64,000 bases of DNA from Candidatus Pyrohabitans jungbluthii (GTDB lineage: Archaea; Hydrothermarchaeota; Hydrothermarchaeia; Hydrothermarchaeales; BMS3B). The stretch's first letter is position 1. Every line of letters starts with the position of its first letter. Location: NCBI GenBank assembly GCA_002010065.2, contig MTMD02000002.1, positions 544,001 to 608,000 of the forward strand, in the 5' to 3' direction. The translations under genes were made by a program, and so were the position numbers. Below the pieces are notes generated by a model. The model was not told the origin of the DNA and ran no database searches. It saw nothing but the letters and a program-made list of their open reading frames with translations. Shown piece after piece: positions 26,761-35,363 of the stretch.

Positions 26761-29300
26761 ATTATGCTTGCTTTGAGCCTTGAGAGCACCTCATCGTTGC
26801 GAAGCATGTCCTCTATGCACAGGAGGAGGTAATGGGAAAGGGCGAAAAATGCCCGAGCTTCGAGGTGGCTCCTCCTCCCGCCCTTCTCAAAGAGCTTCCT
26901 TGAAATCTGCCAGAGGGAAGCAAGAGGATAGGTGGAAATCTCCTTTATTAGTGAGGTGATTTTCCTGTCCACTTCGAAAATCTCCCTCTCAAGCTCGTCC
27001 TTTGTCAGCTTTCCAAGAAGGAAGGCCACTGTTTCTTCTAAGGGTAGCGGAGGTGCACCGCAAGCTTCTGCTTTCTGCTTTGGCGAAGCTTGGTAGAGGG
27101 CGACATTCTTCCAGTCCTGCATGGCTTCGCAGAGCATTGGAACAGCCTTTTCTGCTGCACTTATAAGGGCATCCACGTGTGCCTTAGAATCACTAAATTC
27201 AGATGTCAGGGCAAGGACTTCGATGCCATCTATAATACCGTAGCCTATGCTTCTGAAGTAAGCTGGCAGGCATGGGTCGTGCTCGGCGACACGCTCATAG
27301 GCTTCGTCAAGGGAGCGGCGCAGCTCTTCAAGGCGCTCTTCTTCCTCCCTGCCAAGGCGAAGCGCAGGCTCAAGCTCCACCTCAAGCCTGTCTACTACGC
27401 TCTCTGGCGTGAATTTCTTGAATGCTGGTTTAAAGCCCTTCTTCTCCACAGAAATCGTCGTAGCTTCGGGCTTAATCCTGAGGGTGGCGAAGCCTTCTGC
27501 GTCGGTTGTAGCCTCAATGTTTCCGCTCTTTACCAGTGCTCCGGAGAGAGGCAGGCTGCTCTTTGAGCTTCTGACTCTTACCCGCAGGGTGCGAAGAGCC
27601 TCGCGAGGTTCTGTAACCTGTGCCTGAGGCTTAGCTGGCTTGCTCCTTTTAAGTAGGAAAAACAGTAGCGCAGCAAAAATTGCGAGGGCTGCAATCACAG
27701 CGGCTTTATTCCTGCTTGGCAGGCTTGTCCACCTCTCCTCGAAGAGAGGCACTGCCAAAATTTTTTCTCCAGATATTATGAAAATTCGGCTCGCGTCAGG
27801 GGAGATTGTGGCATACTTAACGCCCTTCTCAGGATAGTACCGCCATATAAGCCTGCCTTGTTCCGCGTCGTACAGTTCAACGCTCTCTTGAGAAGCTGCA
27901 AGCAGGTAACCCCTGGCTGAGTGGAGTGAACTCATGTTCTGCTCCAGGGTTATATTCCAGAGGTGCTCACCTTTAGCAAAGGCGTGGATCTCATCCTTGA
28001 GCAGAGCGAAGACCACATCCTCATCCATGGTGACAGCAAGAATTGTTTTTTCAAAGCTTGTATTCCACACCAAAGCGCCGTCGTAGGTGTATAGATAAAG
28101 GGTGTCGTTCCCTGCAATGGCTATGCTCTCATTGGATATCGCTAAGCTAGCTGGCTTGAACTCAAGCTGCTTTGTCCAGAGCAGCGCGCCCGCGGTGTTG
28201 AAGAGGTACAGAGTATTACCGGCAATCACGCTTGAGCCCCGAGGGGAAGCGGCGAGAAGCTCAGTATTCTTATCAATGCTCGCGTTCCACACCTTCTGAG
28301 TGCCCCTGTACATGGAGAGTAGGTTTTTCTCAGCCACTAAGGAGTACTCCTCCGAGGCTGCAATCATGGGTGAAGTTTTCAGTGTTATAGAGGCGAGCAT
28401 CTCTCCCGTGGGCTTGAGGATGTACACCTCATTTCCCGCGACGGCGATAAGGTTCTGCGAGGTGGCGTGAAGCTGGGCAGGTGAGCGTGGAAGCAGTATC
28501 TCATAGAACTCAAGCCCCGCCTGAGAGAGGTTTACAAGGCGAACCCTTCTCGAAGCCTTGAAGCTCTGATTTCCCAGCGATACCACAACCTCTATTGGAT
28601 ACTCACCAGGGGGCAAGCCCGAGGTGTTCCAGTTGTAGGGCAGAGTCTCCGCAGTCTGGGTGCCGTTGATAAGCACAGCCACTGTCGCATTCTCTGGCAC
28701 AATCGTGGCATTTATTGCAATGCTCTCGCCGGTGGTGAAAACCTCTCCAGGTTTGGGGGAAGTTATTTCCGCATAGAGCGCAGGTGTGGTGTTGAGTACC
28801 TTAACCTCTGCGAAGGCAAAGGCTACGGCACAGCGCCCAAGGGAGGAGCACTGCTGGGGTGAGCACAGGTTGCTCGCCTCGCTGTTTGAGGCAAAGCTGG
28901 TGTCGAAGGCAAACACAGCAGTGAGCCTGTAGCTTCCCGGCTTTCGTGGAGCAAAGAAGCTGAACTCCACTGAAACGCTCTGGTTGGGAAGGGCGCTACC
29001 TGAGTATAGCTTGGCTACCTCAGCTTTGCTCCAGTTTCCGAAGAGGTTGACCCTCGCTTCGCCGGTAGCGTAGTTTCCAAACTTCCATGAGAGAACACCC
29101 CTCACATGCTGCCCCGGAGCGACGCTTATGCTGCTCTGAACCCCCTTTGCATTAGGGTCAAGGTCAAAGGAGGAGAGGGTTATCACTTCGAGGTTTTTTC
29201 CAGGGGTGGCGTAGTAGACATCCTTGGGGCATAGAGAATAAGCCTGGGGAAGAGCAAAGGCTATGAGGATGAGAAGAACAACCTTCCTCAGCATGCACAT
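26757..29300 (-). CDS. Single-pass protein: Ig-like and PQQ-type beta-propeller ectodomain; cytoplasmic beta-sandwich and helical domain
   Basis: Signal peptide; PGSY/PGEY Ig units; repeated G.L.W propeller blades; TM AAVIAALAIFAALLFFLL followed by KRSK; PLSGALV...TTDAEG...KKGF; about 190-aa helical C-terminal domain. Confidence 0.8.
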   Translation of the reverse strand: MCMLRKVVLLILIAFALPQAYSLCPKDVYYATPGKNLEVITLSSFDLDPNAKGVQSSISVAPGQHVRGVLSWKFGNYATGEARVNLFGNWSKAEVAKLYSGSALPNQSVSVEFSFFAPRKPGSYRLTAVFAFDTSFASNSEASNLCSPQQCSSLGRCAVAFAFAEVKVLNTTPALYAEITSPKPGEVFTTGESIAINATIVPENATVAVLINGTQTAETLPYNWNTSGLPPGEYPIEVVVSLGNQSFKASRRVRLVNLSQAGLEFYEILLPRSPAQLHATSQNLIAVAGNEVYILKPTGEMLASITLKTSPMIAASEEYSLVAEKNLLSMYRGTQKVWNASIDKNTELLAASPRGSSVIAGNTLYLFNTAGALLWTKQLEFKPASLAISNESIAIAGNDTLYLYTYDGALVWNTSFEKTILAVTMDEDVVFALLKDEIHAFAKGEHLWNITLEQNMSSLHSARGYLLAASQESVELYDAEQGRLIWRYYPEKGVKYATISPDASRIFIISGEKILAVPLFEERWTSLPSRNKAAVIAALAIFAALLFFLLKRSKPAKPQAQVTEPREALRTLRVRVRSSKSSLPLSGALVKSGNIEATTDAEGFATLRIKPEATTISVEKKGFKPAFKKFTPESVVDRLEVELEPALRLGREEEERLEELRRSLDEAYERVAEHDPCLPAYFRSIGYGIIDGIEVLALTSEFSDSKAHVDALISAAEKAVPMLCEAMQDWKNVALYQASPKQKAEACGAPPLPLEETVAFLLGKLTKDELEREIFEVDRKITSLIKEISTYPLASLWQISRKLFEKGGRRSHLEARAFFALSHYLLLCIEDMLRNDEVLSRLKASII

Positions 29301-29326
29301 ATCTTTTACCCCCTCATTTATGAATC

Positions 29327-30124
29327 TTAGCCAGCTATCGGTTCGGCTTCAGCAAAGCCCCTCTTCAGCGCCTTAATCTTCACCTTCAGCCTCTCTCCTT
29401 TGCTGGCACCTTTAACGAATACCTTAACTCCGGCGATATACGCTATACCCTCGCCACGCCTGCTCACGTCCTGAACCACAGCCTCGTAAACCTCGCCCTT
29501 CTTCACAGGGGAGAAGCCCTTCGCAACCAGGTATATCTCTGCACTCTCGCTGCGGCTCGCCTTTGGTTTTGAGAGCTTAACGAAGGAGAAGCTTCGTTTA
29601 ACCTTTTCAACAAACTCCTTAATGAGGTCACCCTGGAACACCTTGACCAGAAAGGCGCCCCCAGGGCTGAGATGCTCCTCTGCTATGCTCAGGGCTTCCT
29701 CGCAGAGCTCAACACTTCGAGCATGGTCGATGCTCCACACACCACTTATATCCGGCGAGGCGTCGCTTATTACAGCCTCGCAGCTTGCGATAATCTCCTT
29801 CAGCTTTTCTCTTACCTCTGGGGAGGTGAAGTCACCCTTTATAAACACCACATTATCGTAGGACAGGGGCTCTATCCTCTGCAGGTCTACACCAACCACG
29901 AAACCAGAGTCGCCTACAATTTCGCGGGCAGCCTGTGTCCAGCCCCCAGGCGCTGCACCAAGCTCCAGCACGCGATCGCCAGCTTTCAAAATTTTGAAGT
30001 GCCGATTGAGCTGGAGAAGCTTGTACGCCGCTCGGGAGCGGTACTTCTCAAGCTTTGCCTTCCTGTAGTAGTAGTCCCGTCTTTTCTCAACTAGCCAACG
30101 CTTTCCCATAAACTCTTTAATCAA
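29327..30124 (-). CDS. rlmE: 23S rRNA Um2552 methyltransferase RlmE/FtsJ with TRAM domain
   Basis: YRSRAAYKL, ELGAAPGGW, SDASP, VKVFQG, KPKASRSESAEIY; C-terminal TRAM (GEGIAY..G..VFV). Start may be 30109. Confidence 0.95.
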   Translation of the reverse strand: MIKEFMGKRWLVEKRRDYYYRKAKLEKYRSRAAYKLLQLNRHFKILKAGDRVLELGAAPGGWTQAAREIVGDSGFVVGVDLQRIEPLSYDNVVFIKGDFTSPEVREKLKEIIASCEAVISDASPDISGVWSIDHARSVELCEEALSIAEEHLSPGGAFLVKVFQGDLIKEFVEKVKRSFSFVKLSKPKASRSESAEIYLVAKGFSPVKKGEVYEAVVQDVSRRGEGIAYIAGVKVFVKGASKGERLKVKIKALKRGFAEAEPIAG

Positions 30125-30155
30125 TGTTAATCATCGTGGGTATTATTGAAAGAAC

Positions 30156-30989
30156 ATGGAAAGGCTTCTCTACCTGGGATGCATGATTTACAACCGCTTT
30201 CCTGACTATGAGCTCTCAGCAAAAGCGGTGCTTTCAAAGCTTGGGGTCAAGCTCAGAGACTTTCACGAGTTTTCGTGCTGCTCCTCTACCTTCATACCTT
30301 CTGCAAGCGATGAGTGGATTTACCTCGCCGCTTACAACCTCGCCCTTGCGGAGAGACAGAACGCTGCGATAATCACCCTATGCGGAACCTGCACAAGCAC
30401 CTTCAAGCGGGCGAACCTTATGCTCCAGGACGAGAAGCTTCTGGAGAAGGTCAACTCTCGCCTGGGTGAGGTTGGACTCAGCTACTCTGGTAAGGTGAGT
30501 GTGAACCACCTGCTTGAGGTGCTGAAGGAGAAGGAGAATAAGATAAAGGTGCTTGTAAGACAACCTTTAAAGCTCAGGGTTGCGCTTCAGCACCCGTGCA
30601 ATGTCTTCCGCCCAAGCTACGTTGCTCGCTTCGACGACCCCGCGAAGCCACGAGCTATGAGGGAGATTGTCACCCTTACAGGAGCAGAGATTGTGGACTA
30701 CGCCGAGGAGTACGAATGCTGCGGCTCCACGCTGCTGCTGACCTCACAAGCCTTAGGGATTGGCGCGGGGGCAAGCAAGCTCGCCTCCGCTCAAAGGGCT
30801 GGGGCAGAGGCTATGGTGGTAGCCTGCGGCAACTGCGCCTATCTCTTTGACAGGCATAAGGAGGAGATAAAGAAGCGCAACCCAAGCGCAGAGCTTCCCA
30901 CCCTCTTTATCACGCAGCTTCTGGGGTTGGCTTTCGGGCTGAGCAGGGAGGAACTCGGCTTGGACATAAGGGGGGTTGAGCTTGGGTGA
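30156..30989 (+). CDS. HdrB-like CCG-domain protein (divergent)
   Basis: YLGC, SCCS, LCGTC, HPC, ECCG, ACGNC, FITQLLGLAFG. Confidence 0.85.
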   Translation: MERLLYLGCMIYNRFPDYELSAKAVLSKLGVKLRDFHEFSCCSSTFIPSASDEWIYLAAYNLALAERQNAAIITLCGTCTSTFKRANLMLQDEKLLEKVNSRLGEVGLSYSGKVSVNHLLEVLKEKENKIKVLVRQPLKLRVALQHPCNVFRPSYVARFDDPAKPRAMREIVTLTGAEIVDYAEEYECCGSTLLLTSQALGIGAGASKLASAQRAGAEAMVVACGNCAYLFDRHKEEIKKRNPSAELPTLFITQLLGLAFGLSREELGLDIRGVELG

Positions 30990-31350
30990 GCAGAGCAAGG
31001 TCTGCACCCGCTGCTCCGCGTGTACGCGGGTGTGCATCGCCACAAGGCTGGGCGTTCCCACGGGTGCAAGCGTGCTTGAACGCGAAGATAAATTCACCTG
31101 TGCTGGCTGTTGGAAGTGCGCTGAGATTTGCCCTCAGGGCATAGACATCTACAAATTAATGATGGAGGCTCGTCGCAAGGGTGAGCTACCGGAAAGCTTC
31201 AGAATGGGCATAAGGAACATCCTGGAAACCGGATACGCCATGCCCATGCGGGGGGTAAATGCGATACGCGAGATGTATCGTCTGCCTCCAATTGAGAGGG
31301 TTAAACCAGAGGTGGTAAAAAAACTCCTGCGCGGAGTTAGCGTAGCCTGA
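30976..31350 (+). CDS. HdrC-like 2x[4Fe-4S] protein
   Basis: CTRCSACTRVC and CAGCWKCAEICPQGI; adjacent to the HdrB-like gene. Confidence 0.82.
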   Translation: MSLGEQSKVCTRCSACTRVCIATRLGVPTGASVLEREDKFTCAGCWKCAEICPQGIDIYKLMMEARRKGELPESFRMGIRNILETGYAMPMRGVNAIREMYRLPPIERVKPEVVKKLLRGVSVA

Positions 31351-31351
31351 G

Positions 31352-31561
31352 CTAAGGCTGCTCCTCTATTAGCTTGATTGCCTCTTCAACCAGCTTTTTG
31401 TGGCGCTCCTCAGATTCTATAAGCTCTGAAATAAAATTTTTTAACTCCTCATCCTCAAGCTCATTAAAGAGTTCCCTGTACACCTCCCGTGCGTTCTTCT
31501 CTATGTCGGCGAGGTTTCGCAGGGTGCCTGGAATTACATCGCTAGAACTCATCCACATCAC
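31352..31561 (-). CDS. Small ferritin-like/rubrerythrin half-domain protein
   Basis: IEKNAREVY...L..SEERH (E...ExxH helix pair). Start may be 31552. Confidence 0.7.
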   Translation of the reverse strand: MMWMSSSDVIPGTLRNLADIEKNAREVYRELFNELEDEELKNFISELIESEERHKKLVEEAIKLIEEQP

Positions 31562-31781
31562 GCCCCTTAATCTTCTCCATCATCTGAAGTATTGCTGTTT
31601 TGTGTCCTTCCGACTCCCTCCTAATTATCTCTGCTATCTCAAGGATACGTGCCTTTTTTTCCTCGGGTAGTTCACTCCTCTCAATAAATTTTATGAGAGA
31701 ATGGGTTATAAGTGCAACCCCCTCATCCTCCAACTTAGCGATGTTTTCAAGTTTCTTAAGCAGCCTGCTCTTTTGTATCAT
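31542..31781 (-). CDS. Small ferritin-like half-domain protein
   Basis: LEDEG...I.RESEGH; AGGTGA RBS; overlaps the downstream half-domain gene. Confidence 0.68.
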   Translation of the reverse strand: MIQKSRLLKKLENIAKLEDEGVALITHSLIKFIERSELPEEKKARILEIAEIIRRESEGHKTAILQMMEKIKGRDVDEF

Positions 31782-31864
31782 GTCCTCTTCACCTAATTTA
31801 TAGTTTATAGAACCTTTAATATAACCAACCTTTATATAACCACGCCTTCCATACCATTAGCTTA

Positions 31865-33106
31865 ATGGTGGACACCGAGTTCATAAAGATGCTGTTGATC
31901 TCTGCGCTCGTTGGTGGACTTCTTGGCGTGGAGCGCGAGCTTAAGGTGCAGGTAATCGCAGGTACGCGCACCTTCATGCTGATTTCAATCACCGGAACCC
32001 TGAGTGTCTATCTTGCAACAAAGGTAGCTACGCCTTGGGTTATGAACCTCACCCTCCTAGGGGTTGTCTTTATTGTACTCCTGCTCGGTATAATAAAGAA
32101 CTTCAGAACTTTCGATATAGGCATAACCACGCCCGTGGCTTTCTTCCTTGCCTACCTAATAGGCATACTTGTTGGCTTGGGATTGTACATCGAAGCCATA
32201 AGCGCAAGCATAGTCGTTACGAGCATCCTGGTATTCAAGAAGTACACCACCATCCTCTCCGAAGCCCTGGGTCACGAGGAGATGCGCTCAGCTATGGAGT
32301 TCGGTTTAATTGCCTTTGTGCTCTATCCCGTGGCACCGGATTATCCCATTGACCCCCTGGGTTTGATAAACCCAAAAATGCTGGTGCTTGCCATAATAGT
32401 GGTCTCAACCATAGGCTTTGCGGGCTTCCTCACGCTGCGCTTGGTTGGCCTTGAGCTTGCCCTCACCCTAGTTGGAGGAATAGGCGGACTTGTGAACAGC
32501 CAGGCGACGATAAGCGCCCTTGCTGACAAGGTTAGGAAGAGCGCTGAGATTGCGCCCAACGCACTGCGGGGCATGATTTTGGCGAATGCAGTAATGCTGG
32601 TTAGAAACCTTGCGCTGGCTAGCTTGCTGAGCATTGACCTTTTAAGGCTTCTGCTTCTTCCGACGCTTGCCATGTGCCTACTCGGCGTCGCGCAGAGCTT
32701 CCTTATAAAGACCAAGAAGACCTTGCGCGAGGTTGAGCTTCCTTTAGAGTCGCCTTTCGCAATCCTGCCCTCGATTAAGTTTGCCCTCATCTTTGGGGTT
32801 ATAACCTTTCTATCCTACTATGCCCAGAACATTGGCGTGGGTGGGATTTACCTCACAGCTCTTGCCGGAGGTCTGGTCTCCAGCGCCGCTGTCGTGGCGT
32901 CGCTTGCATCACTCGTAGCCTTGGGCAAGCTCGGGACTGAGGTAGCCGCCCTTGGGGGCGTTCTCGCTATGGCTTCCAGCAGCATCAGCGGTGTATTCAT
33001 AGCCAAGGTGAGCGGCACCTCTGAGTTGGCGAAGAGATACCTGCGCGTTGTTCTTGTGAATATAGCTGCTGGCGTTACGGTGGCTGCGATTATGTTCCTC
33101 GGGTAG
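31865..33106 (+). CDS. MgtC/SapB family membrane protein with DUF4010
   Basis: GGLLGVERE...AGTRTF...GITT; GGLVNSQAT; SPF....IKFAL; about 12 TM. Confidence 0.88.
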   Translation: MVDTEFIKMLLISALVGGLLGVERELKVQVIAGTRTFMLISITGTLSVYLATKVATPWVMNLTLLGVVFIVLLLGIIKNFRTFDIGITTPVAFFLAYLIGILVGLGLYIEAISASIVVTSILVFKKYTTILSEALGHEEMRSAMEFGLIAFVLYPVAPDYPIDPLGLINPKMLVLAIIVVSTIGFAGFLTLRLVGLELALTLVGGIGGLVNSQATISALADKVRKSAEIAPNALRGMILANAVMLVRNLALASLLSIDLLRLLLLPTLAMCLLGVAQSFLIKTKKTLREVELPLESPFAILPSIKFALIFGVITFLSYYAQNIGVGGIYLTALAGGLVSSAAVVASLASLVALGKLGTEVAALGGVLAMASSSISGVFIAKVSGTSELAKRYLRVVLVNIAAGVTVAAIMFLG

Positions 33107-33166
33107 GTAACGCTGCCTTATTCCATTATTTCTATTGTTAATCTGAGCCGTCTATTTTGAAGAATA

Positions 33167-34246
33167 ATGCATGATTTGGAAAAATTGAAGGAACAGGTTA
33201 GGTATAATTGTGAAATCAGTAATGCCCAGTTCTGGGGGGTTTATTCGATTTGCGGACTCTTAATGCGGCTTCGCAGCCAGTATAGATTTGAGCACTCCCT
33301 CAAGCCCTGGCAAAAAATAGACACAGCAAAGCTGATGGAGTGGGTAGGTGAGAAAGAAAAGCTGTGGCAAAGCTTGAAGGGCAAGCTCCTGGAGCCTCTG
33401 CGCCTTGGAGGAGAGGTGATAGACCCCTTCGACGTTGAAAGCGTTGAAAGGTATCTCCCCCCTAACATGTGCTACGGCGCTGGCTACGCTACGGGGATGA
33501 AGCCCAGCTTCTTCCTGGGTGAACTCGGAGATAGCTACACTGAGCGTGGCTTCTTTGTGCGCGTGGTGGAACGCGAGTTTGTACGAGACCTATTTGTCTC
33601 GCCTGCGATGCTCAGGGGAGATACCATATACCTCCGCCTTCAGGTGTTTGAGGAGTACCTATGGGAGAAGATTGAGGAGCTTCGTCTGGGTAAGGGCAGG
33701 CAGGCGCTCTGGGATGCCTTTGAGTACTATGGTCTTCACAGGGAGGAACTCATACAAGACCCTTCGAGGTTGGAGGAGGATATCAAAAGGATAGCAAGGA
33801 AGGAGAGCTACGCGGTGGTGGCTCATGAGATGGGTGAGGCTCTGGAAAGCGGTTTTCCAGAAGAGCTTTGGCAGAGCTTTGTGCACTCCTCGCAGTTTCT
33901 TGAGCGCTTAGCTCGAGGAATACGCGACCTGCTTGCAGACACCCACGCTGAGGGTATGCTTTCAGCGATAATTAAACGCCGCAGCTTGGCTTCGCTTGCC
34001 TTCTATGTAGCAGCGTTGGACGGCTTCAGGAAGGAGCTTTTCCCAGAGATTTTCGAGGCTTACGCGGAGGCTAAGCAGGGTGACTGGGGCAGCGTGGAGA
34101 GCGCAGCTAAGCTTGCTCGCGATAGAGCGCTTGAGTGTGTGCGCACCCTCGTGGAGATAAACCGCAGGTCTCGAGGCAGGGGGGAAGCTTGGCTTCGCCG
34201 CGAGGTGAGGCGGGAGCTTCTGCAGCCTCTGGGGATAAATTTATAA
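33167..34246 (+). CDS. Conserved hypothetical protein (Sfum_1244-like family)
   Basis: QVRYNCEISNA..WG.YSICGLLMRLR, YGAGY..GMKPSFFLG, HEMGE, RDLLADT. Confidence 0.72.
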   Translation: MHDLEKLKEQVRYNCEISNAQFWGVYSICGLLMRLRSQYRFEHSLKPWQKIDTAKLMEWVGEKEKLWQSLKGKLLEPLRLGGEVIDPFDVESVERYLPPNMCYGAGYATGMKPSFFLGELGDSYTERGFFVRVVEREFVRDLFVSPAMLRGDTIYLRLQVFEEYLWEKIEELRLGKGRQALWDAFEYYGLHREELIQDPSRLEEDIKRIARKESYAVVAHEMGEALESGFPEELWQSFVHSSQFLERLARGIRDLLADTHAEGMLSAIIKRRSLASLAFYVAALDGFRKELFPEIFEAYAEAKQGDWGSVESAAKLARDRALECVRTLVEINRRSRGRGEAWLRREVRRELLQPLGINL

Positions 34247-34304
34247 ACCCCTTCGCCTAAAAATAAGATGCCCAAAAAAACCGAAAGGATGGGATCGATA
34301 AGGA

Positions 34305-34610
34305 ATGGAGATATGCTCTGTTTGCGGACTGCCAGAGGACTTGTGCATCTGTGAAGAGATTGCAAGGGAGACCCAGAAAATCACCATATCCCTAGCCAAG
34401 CGTAAGTTTGGTAAGTCGATGACCGTAGTAGAGGGTATAAGCGAGAAGTCCATAAACATCACAGACCTTGCAAAGAAGCTCAAGGGAGAACTCGCCTGCG
34501 GGGGTACTGTCAAGGACGGGAGGATAGAGCTTCAGGGCGACCATCGCCAGCGGGTGAAGGAGTTTCTCATAAAGCACGGCTACTCTGAGGACCTTATTGA
34601 GGTGAAGTAG
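34305..34610 (+). CDS. sui1: Translation initiation factor aIF1 (SUI1/YciH)
   Basis: [17 protein letters not shown] zinc knuckle; [17 protein letters not shown]. Confidence 0.96.
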   Translation: MEICSVCGLPEDLCICEEIARETQKITISLAKRKFGKSMTVVEGISEKSINITDLAKKLKGELACGGTVKDGRIELQGDHRQRVKEFLIKHGYSEDLIEVK

Positions 34611-34615
34611 CTGGG

Positions 34616-35116
34616 ATGCATGCCAAGCAGGTTATCGAGGCTGCGCTTTTTGTTTCTTCAGAGCCTCTGTCCGTGGATAAGCTTGCGGAGGTAAGTGGCA
34701 AAACCAGGGACGAGGTTCGTGCGATTGTTGAGGAGCTGCGTAGAGACTATGCCAACCGCGACAGCGCCATTGAGATTCGAAGCATAGGTGACGACCATTA
34801 CCTAATGCAGGCAAAGGAAGCTCTCTCTGGAATGCTCATTGAGCTGGTAAAGCCAGCGGTGGCTCAGGAGACTCTTAAAACACTCTCCCTCATAGCCCTT
34901 CGCCAGCCAATTACTCAGGCTGAAGTTGTCAAGGCTCGGGGCAGCGCTGCATACGCGCACATTAGAGAACTCATTGCCAAAGGATTCGTCTTCGCTTCGC
35001 CTGCGGGCAGAACAAAGATGCTCACCACCACAGAAAAGTTCTCTGATTATTTTGGCTTCAGCCGTGACATAGCGGAGGTGAAAAAGCAGATAGGCGAGCT
35101 TCTCATGAAGAGGTAA
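34616..35116 (+). CDS. scpB: SMC-Scp complex subunit ScpB
   Basis: IEAALFVSSEPLS, TLSLIALRQPITQAE...RG, TTEKFSDYFG. Confidence 0.92.
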   Translation: MHAKQVIEAALFVSSEPLSVDKLAEVSGKTRDEVRAIVEELRRDYANRDSAIEIRSIGDDHYLMQAKEALSGMLIELVKPAVAQETLKTLSLIALRQPITQAEVVKARGSAAYAHIRELIAKGFVFASPAGRTKMLTTTEKFSDYFGFSRDIAEVKKQIGELLMKR

Positions 35117-35279
35117 TGTCGCTCTTCAGCTTCAGCACTTGCTTCTTTATCTTCTCACTTTCTCTTCGAATGGTAAATATTTCTTTTTCAAGGGACTTGA
35201 TTTTAATGTAGTGATAGACATTCAGCAACAGCAATGCGGCAGCAATTATGTATATCACCGTTGTGATTGAATCTGTCAT
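35103..35279 (-). CDS. Small single-TM coiled-coil protein
   Basis: GAGGTG RBS before the ATG at 35279; one TM helix plus a basic helix. Confidence 0.55.
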   Translation of the reverse strand: MTDSITTVIYIIAAALLLLNVYHYIKIKSLEKEIFTIRRESEKIKKQVLKLKSDITSS

Positions 35280-35363
35280 GCATACACCTCTTCCTTTTAA
35301 CAAAAGGGGAAGCGTAACATTAAAATAGGAATTCGTCTATATTGACGGTGGCTTGGTGGTGAA

